Positions 1 to 9,254 of a stretch of 64,000 bases of DNA are shown here, in pieces (within the stretch, counting starts at the first letter, position 1; each line of letters begins with the position of its first letter). The position numbers were made by a program, and so were the translations under genes. Under the pieces are notes generated by a model. It was not told where the DNA came from, did no database searches, and saw nothing but the letters and a program-made list of their open reading frames with translations. Location of the stretch: positions 2,984 through 66,983 of IMG/VR virus record IMGVR_UViG_3300046522_000252. One strand, 5' to 3'. This DNA comes from a virus.

Positions 1-243
1 CGTTACCCTGAACGTCATTTCGGGATGGTTGCGGGTAAACTTCAGAAACCTCACGACATAGGCTTCGATGAAATCCAGCGGCAGCGTGCGCAGGTTTTTG
101 TCCTTTGTAGGGATGGCGTAGCTTTTGCCCTGGAGCCCGTGCCCGTTGCCATAGATTGCGCCATGACGCTGCCGGGCATAGAGCGCGGCACCTTTCCCGT
201 GGCGCCCGGCAAGATTGCTGCCGAAAACGAAAATCTCGGTCAT
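1..243 (-). CDS. Macrodomain-like phage protein (A1S_2505-type), runs off the window edge
   Basis: Manual translation MTEIFVFGSNLAGRHGKGAALYARQRHGAIYGNGHGLQGKSYAIPTK; the FVFGSN..G.HG.GAA motif is typical of this family; not in the ORF track. Confidence 0.7.
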   Translation of the reverse strand, partial: MTEIFVFGSNLAGRHGKGAALYARQRHGAIYGNGHGLQGKSYAIPTKDKNLRTLPLDFIEAYVVRFLKFTRNHPEMTFRVT

Positions 244-422
244 TGCTCCGCCTCCGACAGCCGCGTCAGCGCCTCCCAAAAGCAGGTATCACACAGCGCC
301 TCTGTCTCGTCGGCTTTGTACGGTTTGCCGAATAATGCCTCGTATTCAGCCTTAGCCTCCTCGCCGGGCCAGATGGAGAGGAATTTCCCCTCGCACATGG
401 CGCACGTGTAGAAATCGCTCAT
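240..422 (-). CDS. Small Zn-finger protein (CxxC...CxxC); paralog of 5349-5546
   Basis: CAMC...CDTC; 4-nt overlaps with neighbours. Confidence 0.7.
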   Translation of the reverse strand: MSDFYTCAMCEGKFLSIWPGEEAKAEYEALFGKPYKADETEALCDTCFWEALTRLSEAEQ

Positions 423-634
423 AGCCAGACCTCCACTATCACCGGATCATCGTTGTGGCTCCGACTGAGGCAAACCAAGTCCATGCTTCTGAGTTGGACC
501 CGGATGGCGTGAAGGGTGTCGGCGCAAATCGTGTCGCCGGTTGCCGTCTCGCCAATCCACTTGCGGGCGATATAGCCGTCCGGCCAATCCTTCGGATGGT
601 CGTAAACCGTCCAAATTTCCAACTGCGCGCTCAT
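419..634 (-). CDS. Hypothetical phage protein
   Basis: 71 aa ORF, translationally coupled to neighbours. Confidence 0.65.
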   Translation of the reverse strand: MSAQLEIWTVYDHPKDWPDGYIARKWIGETATGDTICADTLHAIRVQLRSMDLVCLSRSHNDDPVIVEVWL

Positions 635-1008
635 CGTCGGCTAATCCTTGTCATCTTTCCGCAGTTTTGGCATTTCGTCCGGGTCCGCTCGTTCAATCGG
701 GCCATTTCGTCCTGATAGTGTTTGCGGGTTTCCTGCCAGTGGTTTTCCTCGATTGCGAGGATGCGCAAAACGAACATGGGGTCGATTCGCGCGTTGCACA
801 GACTGCATTCGACTTCGGTATCGCCTTCGCGGATCAGGTATTGCGCGTTGACCTTGCGGCTTCGGCCAATTTCAGTGCGGAAGGACCAGCGATGATTGCA
901 GCCGCCGGGATCGAACGAATGAACGACCTTGAGCATCGGCCCATCAGCCGAGGGCGGCTTCTTGAAACGAATAGGCAGCTTAGTGATTTTGTCGTCATCG
1001 TCGCTCAT
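631..1008 (-). CDS. Zn-ribbon protein
   Basis: CSLC and CQNC motifs; coupled ORF. Confidence 0.65.
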   Translation of the reverse strand: MSDDDDKITKLPIRFKKPPSADGPMLKVVHSFDPGGCNHRWSFRTEIGRSRKVNAQYLIREGDTEVECSLCNARIDPMFVLRILAIEENHWQETRKHYQDEMARLNERTRTKCQNCGKMTRISRR

Positions 1009-1315
1009 GTGCCTTGACCCTTTCCGGCGGGCCCGCTCGAAAGCGCTTGTTCATATCCACCCACGCCTTGCGCATCTTCCGCAAAAACGCCGTTTCGCCG
1101 ATGGTCACATATTCCGCGTCGGTGGGCTTCCGCAGGCCGCCAATCACCTTGGAGTCGAAGAACGCCCATTCGCCGCAGACGATGCACAGCGTTAAATCGC
1201 CATCCGTGGGCGTGTGCTGGGTTTTACCTCTTTCCGCGACGCCGGAGGCCATATCGTGCTTTTCCCCGCAAAAGGGACATTGGTTCGGGAATTCATTGTC
1301 GACCACCGGCATCAC
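995..1315 (-). CDS. Zn-finger hypothetical protein
   Basis: CPFC...CIVC. Confidence 0.6.
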   Translation of the reverse strand: MMPVVDNEFPNQCPFCGEKHDMASGVAERGKTQHTPTDGDLTLCIVCGEWAFFDSKVIGGLRKPTDAEYVTIGETAFLRKMRKAWVDMNKRFRAGPPERVKAHERR

Positions 1316-1830
1316 GTCACCAGAAGGTTAAACATGCGGCCTTCCACCTTGTATTCCATCATGGTCTCATCATCGCGCGGGCCAAGATAACTCAGGCCAT
1401 GTTTGCGGACGGTGACTAGGAAGCGAGTCCCGTCGAATTCGCCTTTCTGATCATAGGTGGAGATCAGCAGCACGTCGTCGCGCTTCTCTTTCTCGCTCGG
1501 CGGGACGGTGGTGTCGTCACCGTCAAAATAGCTGGCCATCCACGCCTCGGTGATGAACGAATAGGAGCGCGCGCCCATCGCCTTCATGGCTGCGCGAATG
1601 GCGGCGGTGGAGACGACTTTTTCGCGGTCGTCCTCCCACGGTGTTTCGATCCAGATTACATCGGGTCCGGTGCAGATGATCCACATACAAGGCGCCGCGC
1701 CCTTGCGCTCAAATTCGGCGACCGCGTAAGCGACCGCCATTTCGTGCAAGTCGTGGCGGGTGAGACCCGGCACAAAATCGGTTTTGTAGACTTTTGGGGC
1801 TGGCATGGGCGCACACTCATAGCCAGACAA
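1312..1830 (-). CDS. Hypothetical phage protein
   Basis: 172 aa ORF in a coupled operon. Confidence 0.6.
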   Translation of the reverse strand: MSGYECAPMPAPKVYKTDFVPGLTRHDLHEMAVAYAVAEFERKGAAPCMWIICTGPDVIWIETPWEDDREKVVSTAAIRAAMKAMGARSYSFITEAWMASYFDGDDTTVPPSEKEKRDDVLLISTYDQKGEFDGTRFLVTVRKHGLSYLGPRDDETMMEYKVEGRMFNLLVT

Positions 1831-2188
1831 TATGTTCGAACAGGACGGCGGGCCCGGCGATCCACGGCAACTCTTCTGGATTGGTATAACCCTGGTTCAG
1901 CAGCGCGTTGCGGCGATAGATTTTCGTCGCCGCCTCATTGCGCTGCATTGGCGGGTTTTCCAGATGGCCGTTTTCGTTCACGAACATGTCGGCGCGTTTG
2001 AAGTCGAAGCCGCCGGAGAAGTCGGCGAGCACGGTGACGTGCTCCAGCGGACGGCCGATGATCGGTTCCACGATTTGCTTGAGCGCCTGATAGGTCTTTT
2101 CGCTCCAGCGGTCGCCGTCTCCCGGCAATTCCACATCCCGCGTTTCGTGCGGTTGATCCGGGCGCATGATCAATATCCGTGTTTTCAT
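1817..2188 (-). CDS. DUF3846-like protein
   Basis: LKQIVEP..LEHV..MFVNENG..N..AT...IAGPAVL pattern; start MKTRIL after a GGAGG RBS. Confidence 0.6.
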   Translation of the reverse strand: MKTRILIMRPDQPHETRDVELPGDGDRWSEKTYQALKQIVEPIIGRPLEHVTVLADFSGGFDFKRADMFVNENGHLENPPMQRNEAATKIYRRNALLNQGYTNPEELPWIAGPAVLFEHIVWL

Positions 2189-2199
2189 GGCTTCCTCCC

Positions 2200-2730
2200 T
2201 TAACCGGCTCTGAGAACCGCCGCGATCTCGGCGGCGGTGTGTTGCTTCTCTTCGACGCCCGAGCCCTCCTCGTGCCATATCCCCTCGTCGGTGAGAGACG
2301 GCGGAAACAGCACGGTAGCCGTTGCGTTGTCATACCGGACAAGCGCGGCCATGCCACCGGAGCTTAGTGACTTTCGCTCGATGTAATCACGCAAGGCCGG
2401 ATCGCGGTGCGCGTCCGGGTATTTCGGATCGATCCAGATTTGCAGGACAGGCACCTGGCGCGGTGGCTTCCCATCGTGCTCGTCGATTTTGATAAAGTCC
2501 GGCATACAGTCGATCACATAGTGCGCCCGATCCGGGCGGCTGAGATCGGCGGTATCGTCACCATTCAGCCAACGGCACGACCAAGCCTTGCAACTGAGCG
2601 GATGATGGCCATAGATGGCGCATCCCTTATGCGAGCGCTGGTGGGCGCAACGCGCGCCCGCCAACTTGTCGAACTCCGGCACCGGCAGCAACTTGCAACA
2701 GAGCGTGCATTCGCCGCAACGCCGAGACAT
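2200..2730 (-). CDS. YkgJ-like cysteine-cluster (Zn/Fe-S) protein
   Basis: CGECTLCC...C...C.IY..HP..C..W.C. Confidence 0.65.
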   Translation of the reverse strand: MSRRCGECTLCCKLLPVPEFDKLAGARCAHQRSHKGCAIYGHHPLSCKAWSCRWLNGDDTADLSRPDRAHYVIDCMPDFIKIDEHDGKPPRQVPVLQIWIDPKYPDAHRDPALRDYIERKSLSSGGMAALVRYDNATATVLFPPSLTDEGIWHEEGSGVEEKQHTAAEIAAVLRAG

Positions 2731-3212
2731 CAGACTGCCGCCGCCAATTGCGGTTGCTGTTGATGGGCGAGACTGAAAAAGCGCTCTGTTCCGCGCTTCT
2801 CGCGGGTGATGAGCCCCGCCTGATGTAGCTCATACATCAGAGCATAGATCACTTGCTTGTCGGCCTGATCGGGGTTTTTCGGCCCAAACTGAGCGATCAG
2901 CTCTTTGGTCGACATTGCGTCACGCTGCCCAAGCAATTCAAGGACGCCCTCGCGCAGGCGCTTTTTTGCCTCGATATCGCGCAGGCGAGCCGTCCCGGTT
3001 TTTCGGTTGGCAGGAGTTTTCTTTGGCTGCTCGATCTGATGATGTTGCGGCTCTGCCACCTTGCGGATGGTGATCATGGGCGACGGTTTGGCGGCTTTGG
3101 CGGCTTTGCCGCCTCCGCCCATTTCCACGAACACCTGCAACGCCGATTCGAGCCGGAGGATTTCGGCGCGATGGTGGGCGATCTGATCTAGGATTTTCTC
3201 GGCGATATCCAT
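2730..3212 (-). CDS. Winged-helix DNA-binding protein
   Basis: C-terminal wHTH-like segment (MSTKELIAQ...YELHQAGLITREK). Confidence 0.55.
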   Translation of the reverse strand: MDIAEKILDQIAHHRAEILRLESALQVFVEMGGGGKAAKAAKPSPMITIRKVAEPQHHQIEQPKKTPANRKTGTARLRDIEAKKRLREGVLELLGQRDAMSTKELIAQFGPKNPDQADKQVIYALMYELHQAGLITREKRGTERFFSLAHQQQPQLAAAV

Positions 3213-3213
3213 G

Positions 3214-3492
3214 TCAGCCTCGGACGAAGACTTCGTAGCCGAGGGCTTTGAGAATGGACAGGACGGTTTGCGCGCGCGGCGATTTTGTCGTGCCGCTGGC
3301 TATATTCGAGACCGTCGCGGCGCAGACGCCGCTTTTATCGGCCAGCTTGGTATATTTCGTTTTCGAGGCGCGAATCTCTTTCGCCACGAATTCGCAAAGC
3401 TCATAGGCGTCGCGAAAACTGTACTCCTGGATTCCGATTTTCTCGCGTGCTGCCTTAAACCGCCGTGCTGATTCGAATTCAACGACCTGCAT
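3214..3492 (-). CDS. XRE-family HTH regulator
   Basis: TKLADKSGVCAATVSNIASG. Confidence 0.75.
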   Translation of the reverse strand: MQVVEFESARRFKAAREKIGIQEYSFRDAYELCEFVAKEIRASKTKYTKLADKSGVCAATVSNIASGTTKSPRAQTVLSILKALGYEVFVRG

Positions 3493-3644
3493 CTGCTTTT
3501 CCTCGCCTTAGTTGGGGGTTAACGCGGCTCGGAGCCCCGCTGTAGTTTCCTTTCATGACGCCACATTGGCGCGTCCCAAAGTTGCAGCCATATATCCGCC
3601 TGTCAATATTGAATTGCGCCAATTTGGCATTTACTATGCGTTGC

Positions 3645-3833
3645 ATGATGACAGTCAGCGAATACAAAGCGGCGCTCGCCGCCCTCGATTGGGATCACCG
3701 TAAAGCCGCCAAAGCGTTGGGGATCGGGCAAACTACGTCACGGCGCTACGCCGCCAAGGGCGCACCCAGGCATATCGCCCTGGCGCTGGAAGCGCTGATG
3801 AATCAAAAGCGCAAGAGGGAGAGAGCGGCATGA
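3645..3833 (+). CDS. Small HTH protein, divergent from the XRE gene
   Basis: HRKAAKALGIGQTTSRRY. Confidence 0.65.
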   Translation: MMTVSEYKAALAALDWDHRKAAKALGIGQTTSRRYAAKGAPRHIALALEALMNQKRKRERAA

Positions 3834-4087
3834 AAAGCCCACAAATCAACATACTGCCGAGGATCAACCAGGTCTGGATGGCCGTTTCCGTCGACGATGA
3901 CGGCAGTGAAGGGGTTTGCGCGATTCGGACAGACAACGGTTGGCTGCCTTTGGTGGCGGCCGATGAAAAACGCTTGGAATTCATCATTGAACAGGCCCGG
4001 TTTCTCGCTGAGGCCCAGCGCCGGATTATCCGCGTTGTGAAGATGTGCAGCCGCGAGGAGGTGGCCGTCATCGATGGCCGCAACTGA
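3830..4087 (+). CDS. Hypothetical protein
   Basis: 85 aa ORF with ATGA overlap. Confidence 0.6.
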   Translation: MKSPQINILPRINQVWMAVSVDDDGSEGVCAIRTDNGWLPLVAADEKRLEFIIEQARFLAEAQRRIIRVVKMCSREEVAVIDGRN

Positions 4088-4319
4088 AGTATATTTCAGT
4101 ATATCCTCCTAAACTAATGGAGACAGAGATGCTTACTCCTGGCGCCGGAATGAGCTATGTGATTAAGAAGTTACCGGGCGGCGGATCGCAGCCGAGCGTG
4201 GTGAAAACCTGCGAAGGAATGTCACGTGAGTTGGTTAAACGGCAGGGGAAATCCCACGTAGCCTGCCATCCCCGAAGGCGCGTTAGGGGACCAACTATGG
4301 TGCGCCCGGTAGCCACCTC

Positions 4320-4799
4320 ATGAGCAGTCTTGCTGTGAGTATTGAGAAAGCCGCCGAGCTTTCCGGCATCGGCCGGACCCGCCTTTATGACGCGATCAAG
4401 CGCGGCTCCCTTCGCGCCCGGAAAGATGGCCGCCGGACAATCATTCTGCTCGACGACCTGAACCTCTTTTTGGCGGCGTTGCCGGATGCCGGGGATAGTC
4501 CGTCAAGTGCGCCGGAGGATCAGCGAATCAAGTCACTGGAAAGCCAACTGGCGTTTCTGGCCGGTGCCGCGATGGCGGTTGTCCATGACAGCTACCGCAT
4601 CCACGACACCGAGCCGTGGCCGCTGAAATACCGGGCCCCGTTCGGACCGATTGCCAATCTCGCGCAAATCCTCGAATCACTGCCGTTTGTCAGGCAGCTC
4701 CCCACGGCCCGTCTATTCCTCGACGAATACGCCAAGGCCCGCCAGGAGGTGGACGACGAGAACGATGAGTTTCGGCGACGGCTGGGGCTGGAACCATGA
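4320..4799 (+). CDS. Excisionase-like HTH (HTH_17 type) protein with C-terminal extension
   Basis: SIEKAAELSGIGRTRLYDAIKRGSLRARKDGRRTII. Confidence 0.75.
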   Translation: MSSLAVSIEKAAELSGIGRTRLYDAIKRGSLRARKDGRRTIILLDDLNLFLAALPDAGDSPSSAPEDQRIKSLESQLAFLAGAAMAVVHDSYRIHDTEPWPLKYRAPFGPIANLAQILESLPFVRQLPTARLFLDEYAKARQEVDDENDEFRRRLGLEP

Positions 4800-4963
4800 G
4801 CGCCATGAAAGATCGTGTCGATCTAAGTGATGCAGACTTCCTGCGCGCACTCGCCCATCAGCTTGAGGTTCATCGCCGCTGCTCACCCTTCCCGCTCTGG
4901 ACCTCCGACACCGAGCGTCTTGAGCGGATTGCTGAGGCTATCAACGCGAAGGAAGTGACATGA
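4796..4963 (+). CDS. Small hypothetical protein (55 aa)
   Basis: Open frame checked by hand; ATGA overlaps at both ends. Confidence 0.5.
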   Translation: MSAMKDRVDLSDADFLRALAHQLEVHRRCSPFPLWTSDTERLERIAEAINAKEVT

Positions 4964-5352
4964 GCCTCCGCAATTTCCATTACATCCTCCTGCCAAATCA
5001 CCAGATTGCCGAGGCTGATCTGATGACGTGGGCGGAATGGTTTGAGACCGCCGACCGGCACGTCTCCGAGACCTTTACCCAGCTTTACTGGATCAGCACG
5101 GTTTTTCTCGGCATTAATCACCGCTTTGGAAGCGGCCCGCCGGTGCTGTTCGAAACGATGGTGTTTGAACGGGAAGGCTACGAGTCGTCGCTGATCAAAA
5201 GTTTCATCGTGCATGAGGACTTAGAATGTCACCGCTATTCGTCATGGGATGATGCCGAGGCCGGGCATGAGGCGACGGTGCGGCGCTACCTGAAAATGGA
5301 GGCTGACGCCACCGCTAGGATGATTGAGCGGGAGAAGGAAAAACATCGATGA
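4960..5352 (+). CDS. Conserved-looking phage hypothetical protein
   Basis: ISTVFLG.NH.F...PVLFETMVF...RYSSW..A..GH pattern. Confidence 0.65.
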   Translation: MSLRNFHYILLPNHQIAEADLMTWAEWFETADRHVSETFTQLYWISTVFLGINHRFGSGPPVLFETMVFEREGYESSLIKSFIVHEDLECHRYSSWDDAEAGHEATVRRYLKMEADATARMIEREKEKHR

Positions 5353-5546
5353 CGCACCCGGTCTATCGCTGCGCTAAGTGCGGCGAGGAATTCGAATCCG
5401 AATGGACACTTGAAGAAGCGTGCGCCGAATATGAGGCGATCTTCAACAGACCGTTCAACGCCGCCGAGGTCTCGGCGCTGTGCGACGATTGCTATGAGGA
5501 GGAGCTGGCGGCGATGGCAAAACCCGAAGGGGAACCCTTGCAATGA
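5349..5546 (+). CDS. Small Zn-finger protein; paralog of 240-422
   Basis: CAKC...EEACAEYEAIF...ALCDDC. Confidence 0.7.
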   Translation: MTHPVYRCAKCGEEFESEWTLEEACAEYEAIFNRPFNAAEVSALCDDCYEEELAAMAKPEGEPLQ

Positions 5547-5755
5547 ACGCACCATTCCGCCCGCCAGGGCCGGGCCGTGACCCGCGCCAGAGCCTTGAAA
5601 TGCTGATCGCCTATCAGGAGCAGCTCGCCTTGCGGATTAAGCGGGGCATCCGCACCATGCAATTGTGCATTGCCTTCAATCTGGTGCTGCTATCGATCAT
5701 CATCTTTTTGCAGATCGGGATGATCATTCGCGTCTGGAGCCTTTTTTTCCGATAA
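5543..5755 (+). CDS. Small membrane protein
   Basis: C-terminal hydrophobic helix. Confidence 0.55.
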   Translation: MNAPFRPPGPGRDPRQSLEMLIAYQEQLALRIKRGIRTMQLCIAFNLVLLSIIIFLQIGMIIRVWSLFFR

Positions 5756-5871
5756 GTGGCGGATTTCTCCCGGTTTTCCGGGGTTTGCGGGTTGCTTCTC
5801 AACCCATTATGACCTATATTTAGGACATAGACGGAAGGGCATAGGGCCCGCCGCGAACCGGGAGAGACCCG

Positions 5872-6114
5872 ATGTTTAAACTCCAAGCTACTCTTTCAGA
5901 CGGCTACACTGTTACGCTGGACGGGGAATTCCCGTCAGAAGCGGCGGCCAGCAGAGAGGCGGATAACTACATCCGCCACTATTCCGACCCATGCGGCCTG
6001 GGCGTTCACGTCTCTTACGTCTCCATCGTCGATATGCAGCTTGCGGAGGAGCAACGCCGCAAGGCGGAGGCCGACCAGCGCCGCGAGGTCGCCGCTATGC
6101 GGCGCCAGAAGTGA
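5872..6114 (+). CDS. Hypothetical protein
   Basis: ORF with GGAGA RBS after an AT-rich promoter-like gap. Confidence 0.6.
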   Translation: MFKLQATLSDGYTVTLDGEFPSEAAASREADNYIRHYSDPCGLGVHVSYVSIVDMQLAEEQRRKAEADQRREVAAMRRQK

Positions 6115-6125
6115 GGGCCGCCACG

Positions 6126-6368
6126 ATGACCAAGAAAACCCCTCACTCCGACGAACGCCACCTTGAAGCCCGCATGAACCGCCGCCTCGCCGCCGAAGAC
6201 CGCGCCCTGGCCCGGATCGAAAAACGGGAGGCCGCCGCAGAAGTCCAGATCGGCGAGCTGTGCCGCCAGGGCAAGCCGGTGTTCTACATCTGGCCGGTCG
6301 GCGGGAAGTACCGGGAGGGCACCCGCGCCGAGCTGATCGCCTTCCTGATCCGCAATAACTACGCCTGA
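6126..6368 (+). CDS. Hypothetical protein
   Basis: MTKKTPHS... with GAGG RBS. Confidence 0.6.
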   Translation: MTKKTPHSDERHLEARMNRRLAAEDRALARIEKREAAAEVQIGELCRQGKPVFYIWPVGGKYREGTRAELIAFLIRNNYA

Positions 6369-6413
6369 CCCACCGGCTGGGGATGAGCCCCGCCGCCAAC
6401 AAGGAGAAACGAC

Positions 6414-6689
6414 ATGGAATATCACTACATCGCTTTCGCCACGTATATCGTCCCGGCCGCGCGCCAGGATGCCAAGGAAGTGCTCAGGCAGATGCTTGTT
6501 TCCACCGGCGAGACAGAGGCGGAGGCGCGCGAATGCATCGTCGACCAGATAGAGACCCTGGCCCGGCCGGACCTGCCGGACGAGGACTATGACCCGGAAA
6601 ACTTCTACATCGTGATCCGCCGGTTGCACCTGCCTACGGGGCAAGCCGCCGACGTCGTTGCTGAGGGCGAGCGCGGCTGGTCTGATTGA
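6414..6689 (+). CDS. Hypothetical acidic protein
   Basis: AAGGAG RBS. Confidence 0.6.
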   Translation: MEYHYIAFATYIVPAARQDAKEVLRQMLVSTGETEAEARECIVDQIETLARPDLPDEDYDPENFYIVIRRLHLPTGQAADVVAEGERGWSD

Positions 6690-6775
6690 TTTCCGCATCC
6701 GCCCTCCGGGGCGGATTTGGAAAGTAATCACCGGCAGGGGATTGGCCCCGCCGGTCAACCGGGAAGGACCCGAAC

Positions 6776-7213
6776 ATGAACACCGACACACTCAAAATTC
6801 AGAACGGCATCGGCGACCTCTATGAGCGCGCACCAACCGGCGGCTGGTGTGATCACCGCCAGGCGGTCAAGCTGATCGACCATGAGCGCCTTGTGCTCCC
6901 GGTGCAGTCCCGCTTCGGCCACGGTCTGATTTACAACACGTACACAATCGGTTCCGTAGTCTCCGGCGCCCTGCGCGACGGCGATGATCCGGTGAAGGCG
7001 CTTGACCGGGCCCGGTCCTTCGGCCACGAATTGGTATTCATCTTCGCCAACGGCTCTTGCATCCACAACGGGCCGCGTTCGACCACGAAGCACGTGCTCA
7101 TCGAGATCGGGATGACGGTACGGTTTGAGGGCAATCTTTACACAATCGAAACGGCGCCGAATGACAATATCTGGCTCAAGCCCATTGTCGACGAAAGCGG
7201 AGCAACCGAATGA
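6776..7213 (+). CDS. Hypothetical protein
   Basis: AAGGA RBS, 145 aa. Confidence 0.6.
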   Translation: MNTDTLKIQNGIGDLYERAPTGGWCDHRQAVKLIDHERLVLPVQSRFGHGLIYNTYTIGSVVSGALRDGDDPVKALDRARSFGHELVFIFANGSCIHNGPRSTTKHVLIEIGMTVRFEGNLYTIETAPNDNIWLKPIVDESGATE

Positions 7214-7434
7214 CACCGAAACTGTTTCACGACGCCGGTGAGGCCCTTTATGGGCCTCGTTGGCAATCCGACATCGCCCGCGATCTCAACATGTCCGACC
7301 GGCACGTTCGCCGGTTGGCCTCCGGCGCCGCCGAGCTGTCACCGGGGATGGCGGCGGATTTGCAGCGCATCTGCGAGGAGCGCATGGCCTTGCTTGCCGA
7401 CGTGATCCGGCGGCTGAGCGCGGCGGCGGAATAG
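7210..7434 (+). CDS. Small HTH protein
   Basis: GEALYGPRWQSDIARDLNMSDRHVRRLASG. Confidence 0.7.
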   Translation: MTPKLFHDAGEALYGPRWQSDIARDLNMSDRHVRRLASGAAELSPGMAADLQRICEERMALLADVIRRLSAAAE

Positions 7435-7439
7435 CCGCC

Positions 7440-7619
7440 ATGCCGACGCCCAAAAAGACGCTGGCCGAAAGAATCGCCGAAGCGGACATGCGCGGCTCAC
7501 ACTGGCTTGCGGAAGCAAATGAGGCGGCTGAGCGCGGCGACCGTGAGCAGGCAGAAGTGCTTTACACCAAGAGCCAATTCTGGCTCGACCGTTCCAATAA
7601 GCTGAGAGGTGAAACATGA
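7440..7619 (+). CDS. Hypothetical protein
   Basis: Coupled small ORF. Confidence 0.5.
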   Translation: MPTPKKTLAERIAEADMRGSHWLAEANEAAERGDREQAEVLYTKSQFWLDRSNKLRGET

Positions 7620-7810
7620 ACGCCAATCACCGCAAGGACGCTGAGGTCCGAAACGATAGGTGCTTGATCGGGCGCGAAGCCTATGAGGCTTCCGTGGCCG
7701 CCGTGCCGCTCTATGACGATGGCACAAGACGCAAGCAATGGGCTGAGCTTGACGTATTCACTCAATGGACATGGACCCGGTTTTTCGATTATCGTCCAGA
7801 GGTGCGCTAG
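7616..7810 (+). CDS. Hypothetical protein
   Basis: GAGGT RBS, ATGA overlap. Confidence 0.55.
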   Translation: MNANHRKDAEVRNDRCLIGREAYEASVAAVPLYDDGTRRKQWAELDVFTQWTWTRFFDYRPEVR

Positions 7811-7871
7811 GATTCTGCGGGCCTTCGGGTCGTCGGCTCAGCCAACAGTCCGTGTAAGTCGGACCGCACAC

Positions 7872-7911
7872 GAAAAGCCCGCGCGGACCGGCTCCGTCAA
7901 GCGGGCTTTTC
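7872..7911. terminator. Bidirectional intrinsic terminator between convergent operons
   Basis: gaaaagcccgc...gcgggcttttc inverted repeat. Confidence 0.7.
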
Positions 7912-8404
7912 ACACTCCCCAAAACCCACTCGTAACGAGCGGATAAGCATCGGGGAAAAGCCCGTTGTCCCACAGCGACCGGAAGTCTGTGTCTGGGTTG
8001 ATCTCACGCGCCACTATCCCGTCGACGACCGCCTGTAGCCGCTCCTCGGCGGCGGCATTGCTGGCCGCCTTGAACTGGTAGGCGTAATTTGGCGGGGACA
8101 GGCGGTGAAGGGACTCCGTCGTCGGCACACTGCCCTTGGCAATCGGGTGCTCGGGATCGAGGGCATAGAGCATCATTTCATGGGTGGCGTCCTTCAAGTG
8201 CAGCTTCGGCGCCTCAACCGTCGGCGTGACAAGGTCGTAAAGGACCAGCACATATTGGTGCCAGAGCGGATGCGCCCACGGCGCGTTGATGAACCAGGTT
8301 AACGAGAATATCGGATGTGTCGGGTGCTCGACCTTCCAGGCATAGGTGGCCAGCGACGTTTTAGGTGTGGCGGCGGTGCTGTTGATTTTACGGGTCATGG
8401 TCAT
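7910..8404 (-). CDS. Hypothetical protein
   Basis: Start MTMTRK after a GAGGGA RBS. Confidence 0.6.
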   Translation of the reverse strand: MTMTRKINSTAATPKTSLATYAWKVEHPTHPIFSLTWFINAPWAHPLWHQYVLVLYDLVTPTVEAPKLHLKDATHEMMLYALDPEHPIAKGSVPTTESLHRLSPPNYAYQFKAASNAAAEERLQAVVDGIVAREINPDTDFRSLWDNGLFPDAYPLVTSGFWGV

Positions 8405-8747
8405 TCCCTCTCGTCTTGCGGAATCCCGCTCCCTTGATCTTAGCTTTTGACTTCGGCCATATGCCGAGGTGCTTCTTTCGGACCCTGTCAGCTTTGCCTT
8501 GCTCCGTCCGCTCAGCGGCCGACTTGTCTTTGTGAGGTTGGACCAGGACGGGCTGGAGGTTTGATTCGCGGTGCTCACCGCCCTTCCAGATAGCCTTGAT
8601 ATGGTCGAGCTGCCACGCCTCGCCGGGTCTGATCTTCCGTTTGGATAGTTGGCACGTTTCGTCAAACCGGGCGAACACGCGCAGCCTCACCCGGTCCGGG
8701 ATGGCTTGATCGTCGTGCGTCGCTATCCACTCGTCGACCTTCCTCAT
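8388..8747 (-). CDS. HNH endonuclease
   Basis: WQLDHIKAIWKGGEHRESNLQPVLVQPH. Confidence 0.85.
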   Translation of the reverse strand: MRKVDEWIATHDDQAIPDRVRLRVFARFDETCQLSKRKIRPGEAWQLDHIKAIWKGGEHRESNLQPVLVQPHKDKSAAERTEQGKADRVRKKHLGIWPKSKAKIKGAGFRKTRGNDHDP

Positions 8748-8755
8748 CGCTGTTG

Positions 8756-9046
8756 CTACCTTCCCGAGATCAGCCGTTTGTAGGCTTCCTGCCCATCAGG
8801 GCTGGCGGCCCATTCCTCGCTCTCCTCCATCGAGGCATCGAAATCACCGTTGTGGTGGCGGCTCCGCAAAACCGACGCCGCTTGGTTCCCCCTCGCCGCT
8901 GCCTTCTGCAGATCGGCGTCGAGCTGCAATTCGGGGAAGTCCAGGGGTGATAGAAAATCGTGATAGAACCCATCCCGCGCCTTGGCCGCCATTTCCGGCA
9001 GCCCGGCCCGTTCCAGTTCTTCGGCGAGTTTGTCTTTGGTGTGCAT
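8756..9046 (-). CDS. Hypothetical protein
   Basis: GGAGG RBS, 96 aa. Confidence 0.6.
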   Translation of the reverse strand: MHTKDKLAEELERAGLPEMAAKARDGFYHDFLSPLDFPELQLDADLQKAAARGNQAASVLRSRHHNGDFDASMEESEEWAASPDGQEAYKRLISGR

Positions 9047-9050
9047 CGGC

Positions 9051-9254
9051 TCAGTCCTCCATTGCAGCCTTTTCGGCGAGTGCTATGCACTCCCGGACTC
9101 CAGCAAGATATGCGGCGGCCTCTGATTCGGCTTTCCGCAATCCATCCAAAAACCTCTTATGGGCCGCCCGCGTCGAAAGCGGTGGGTCGTTGTTGATGAT
9201 CGCTTGTTTCACGAATTCAATTGTTTCGGCGAGTTCGAGGCGCGTCGTTGTCAT
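9051..9254 (-). CDS. Hypothetical protein
   Basis: Coupled ORF MTTTRL... Confidence 0.55.
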   Translation of the reverse strand: MTTTRLELAETIEFVKQAIINNDPPLSTRAAHKRFLDGLRKAESEAAAYLAGVRECIALAEKAAMED

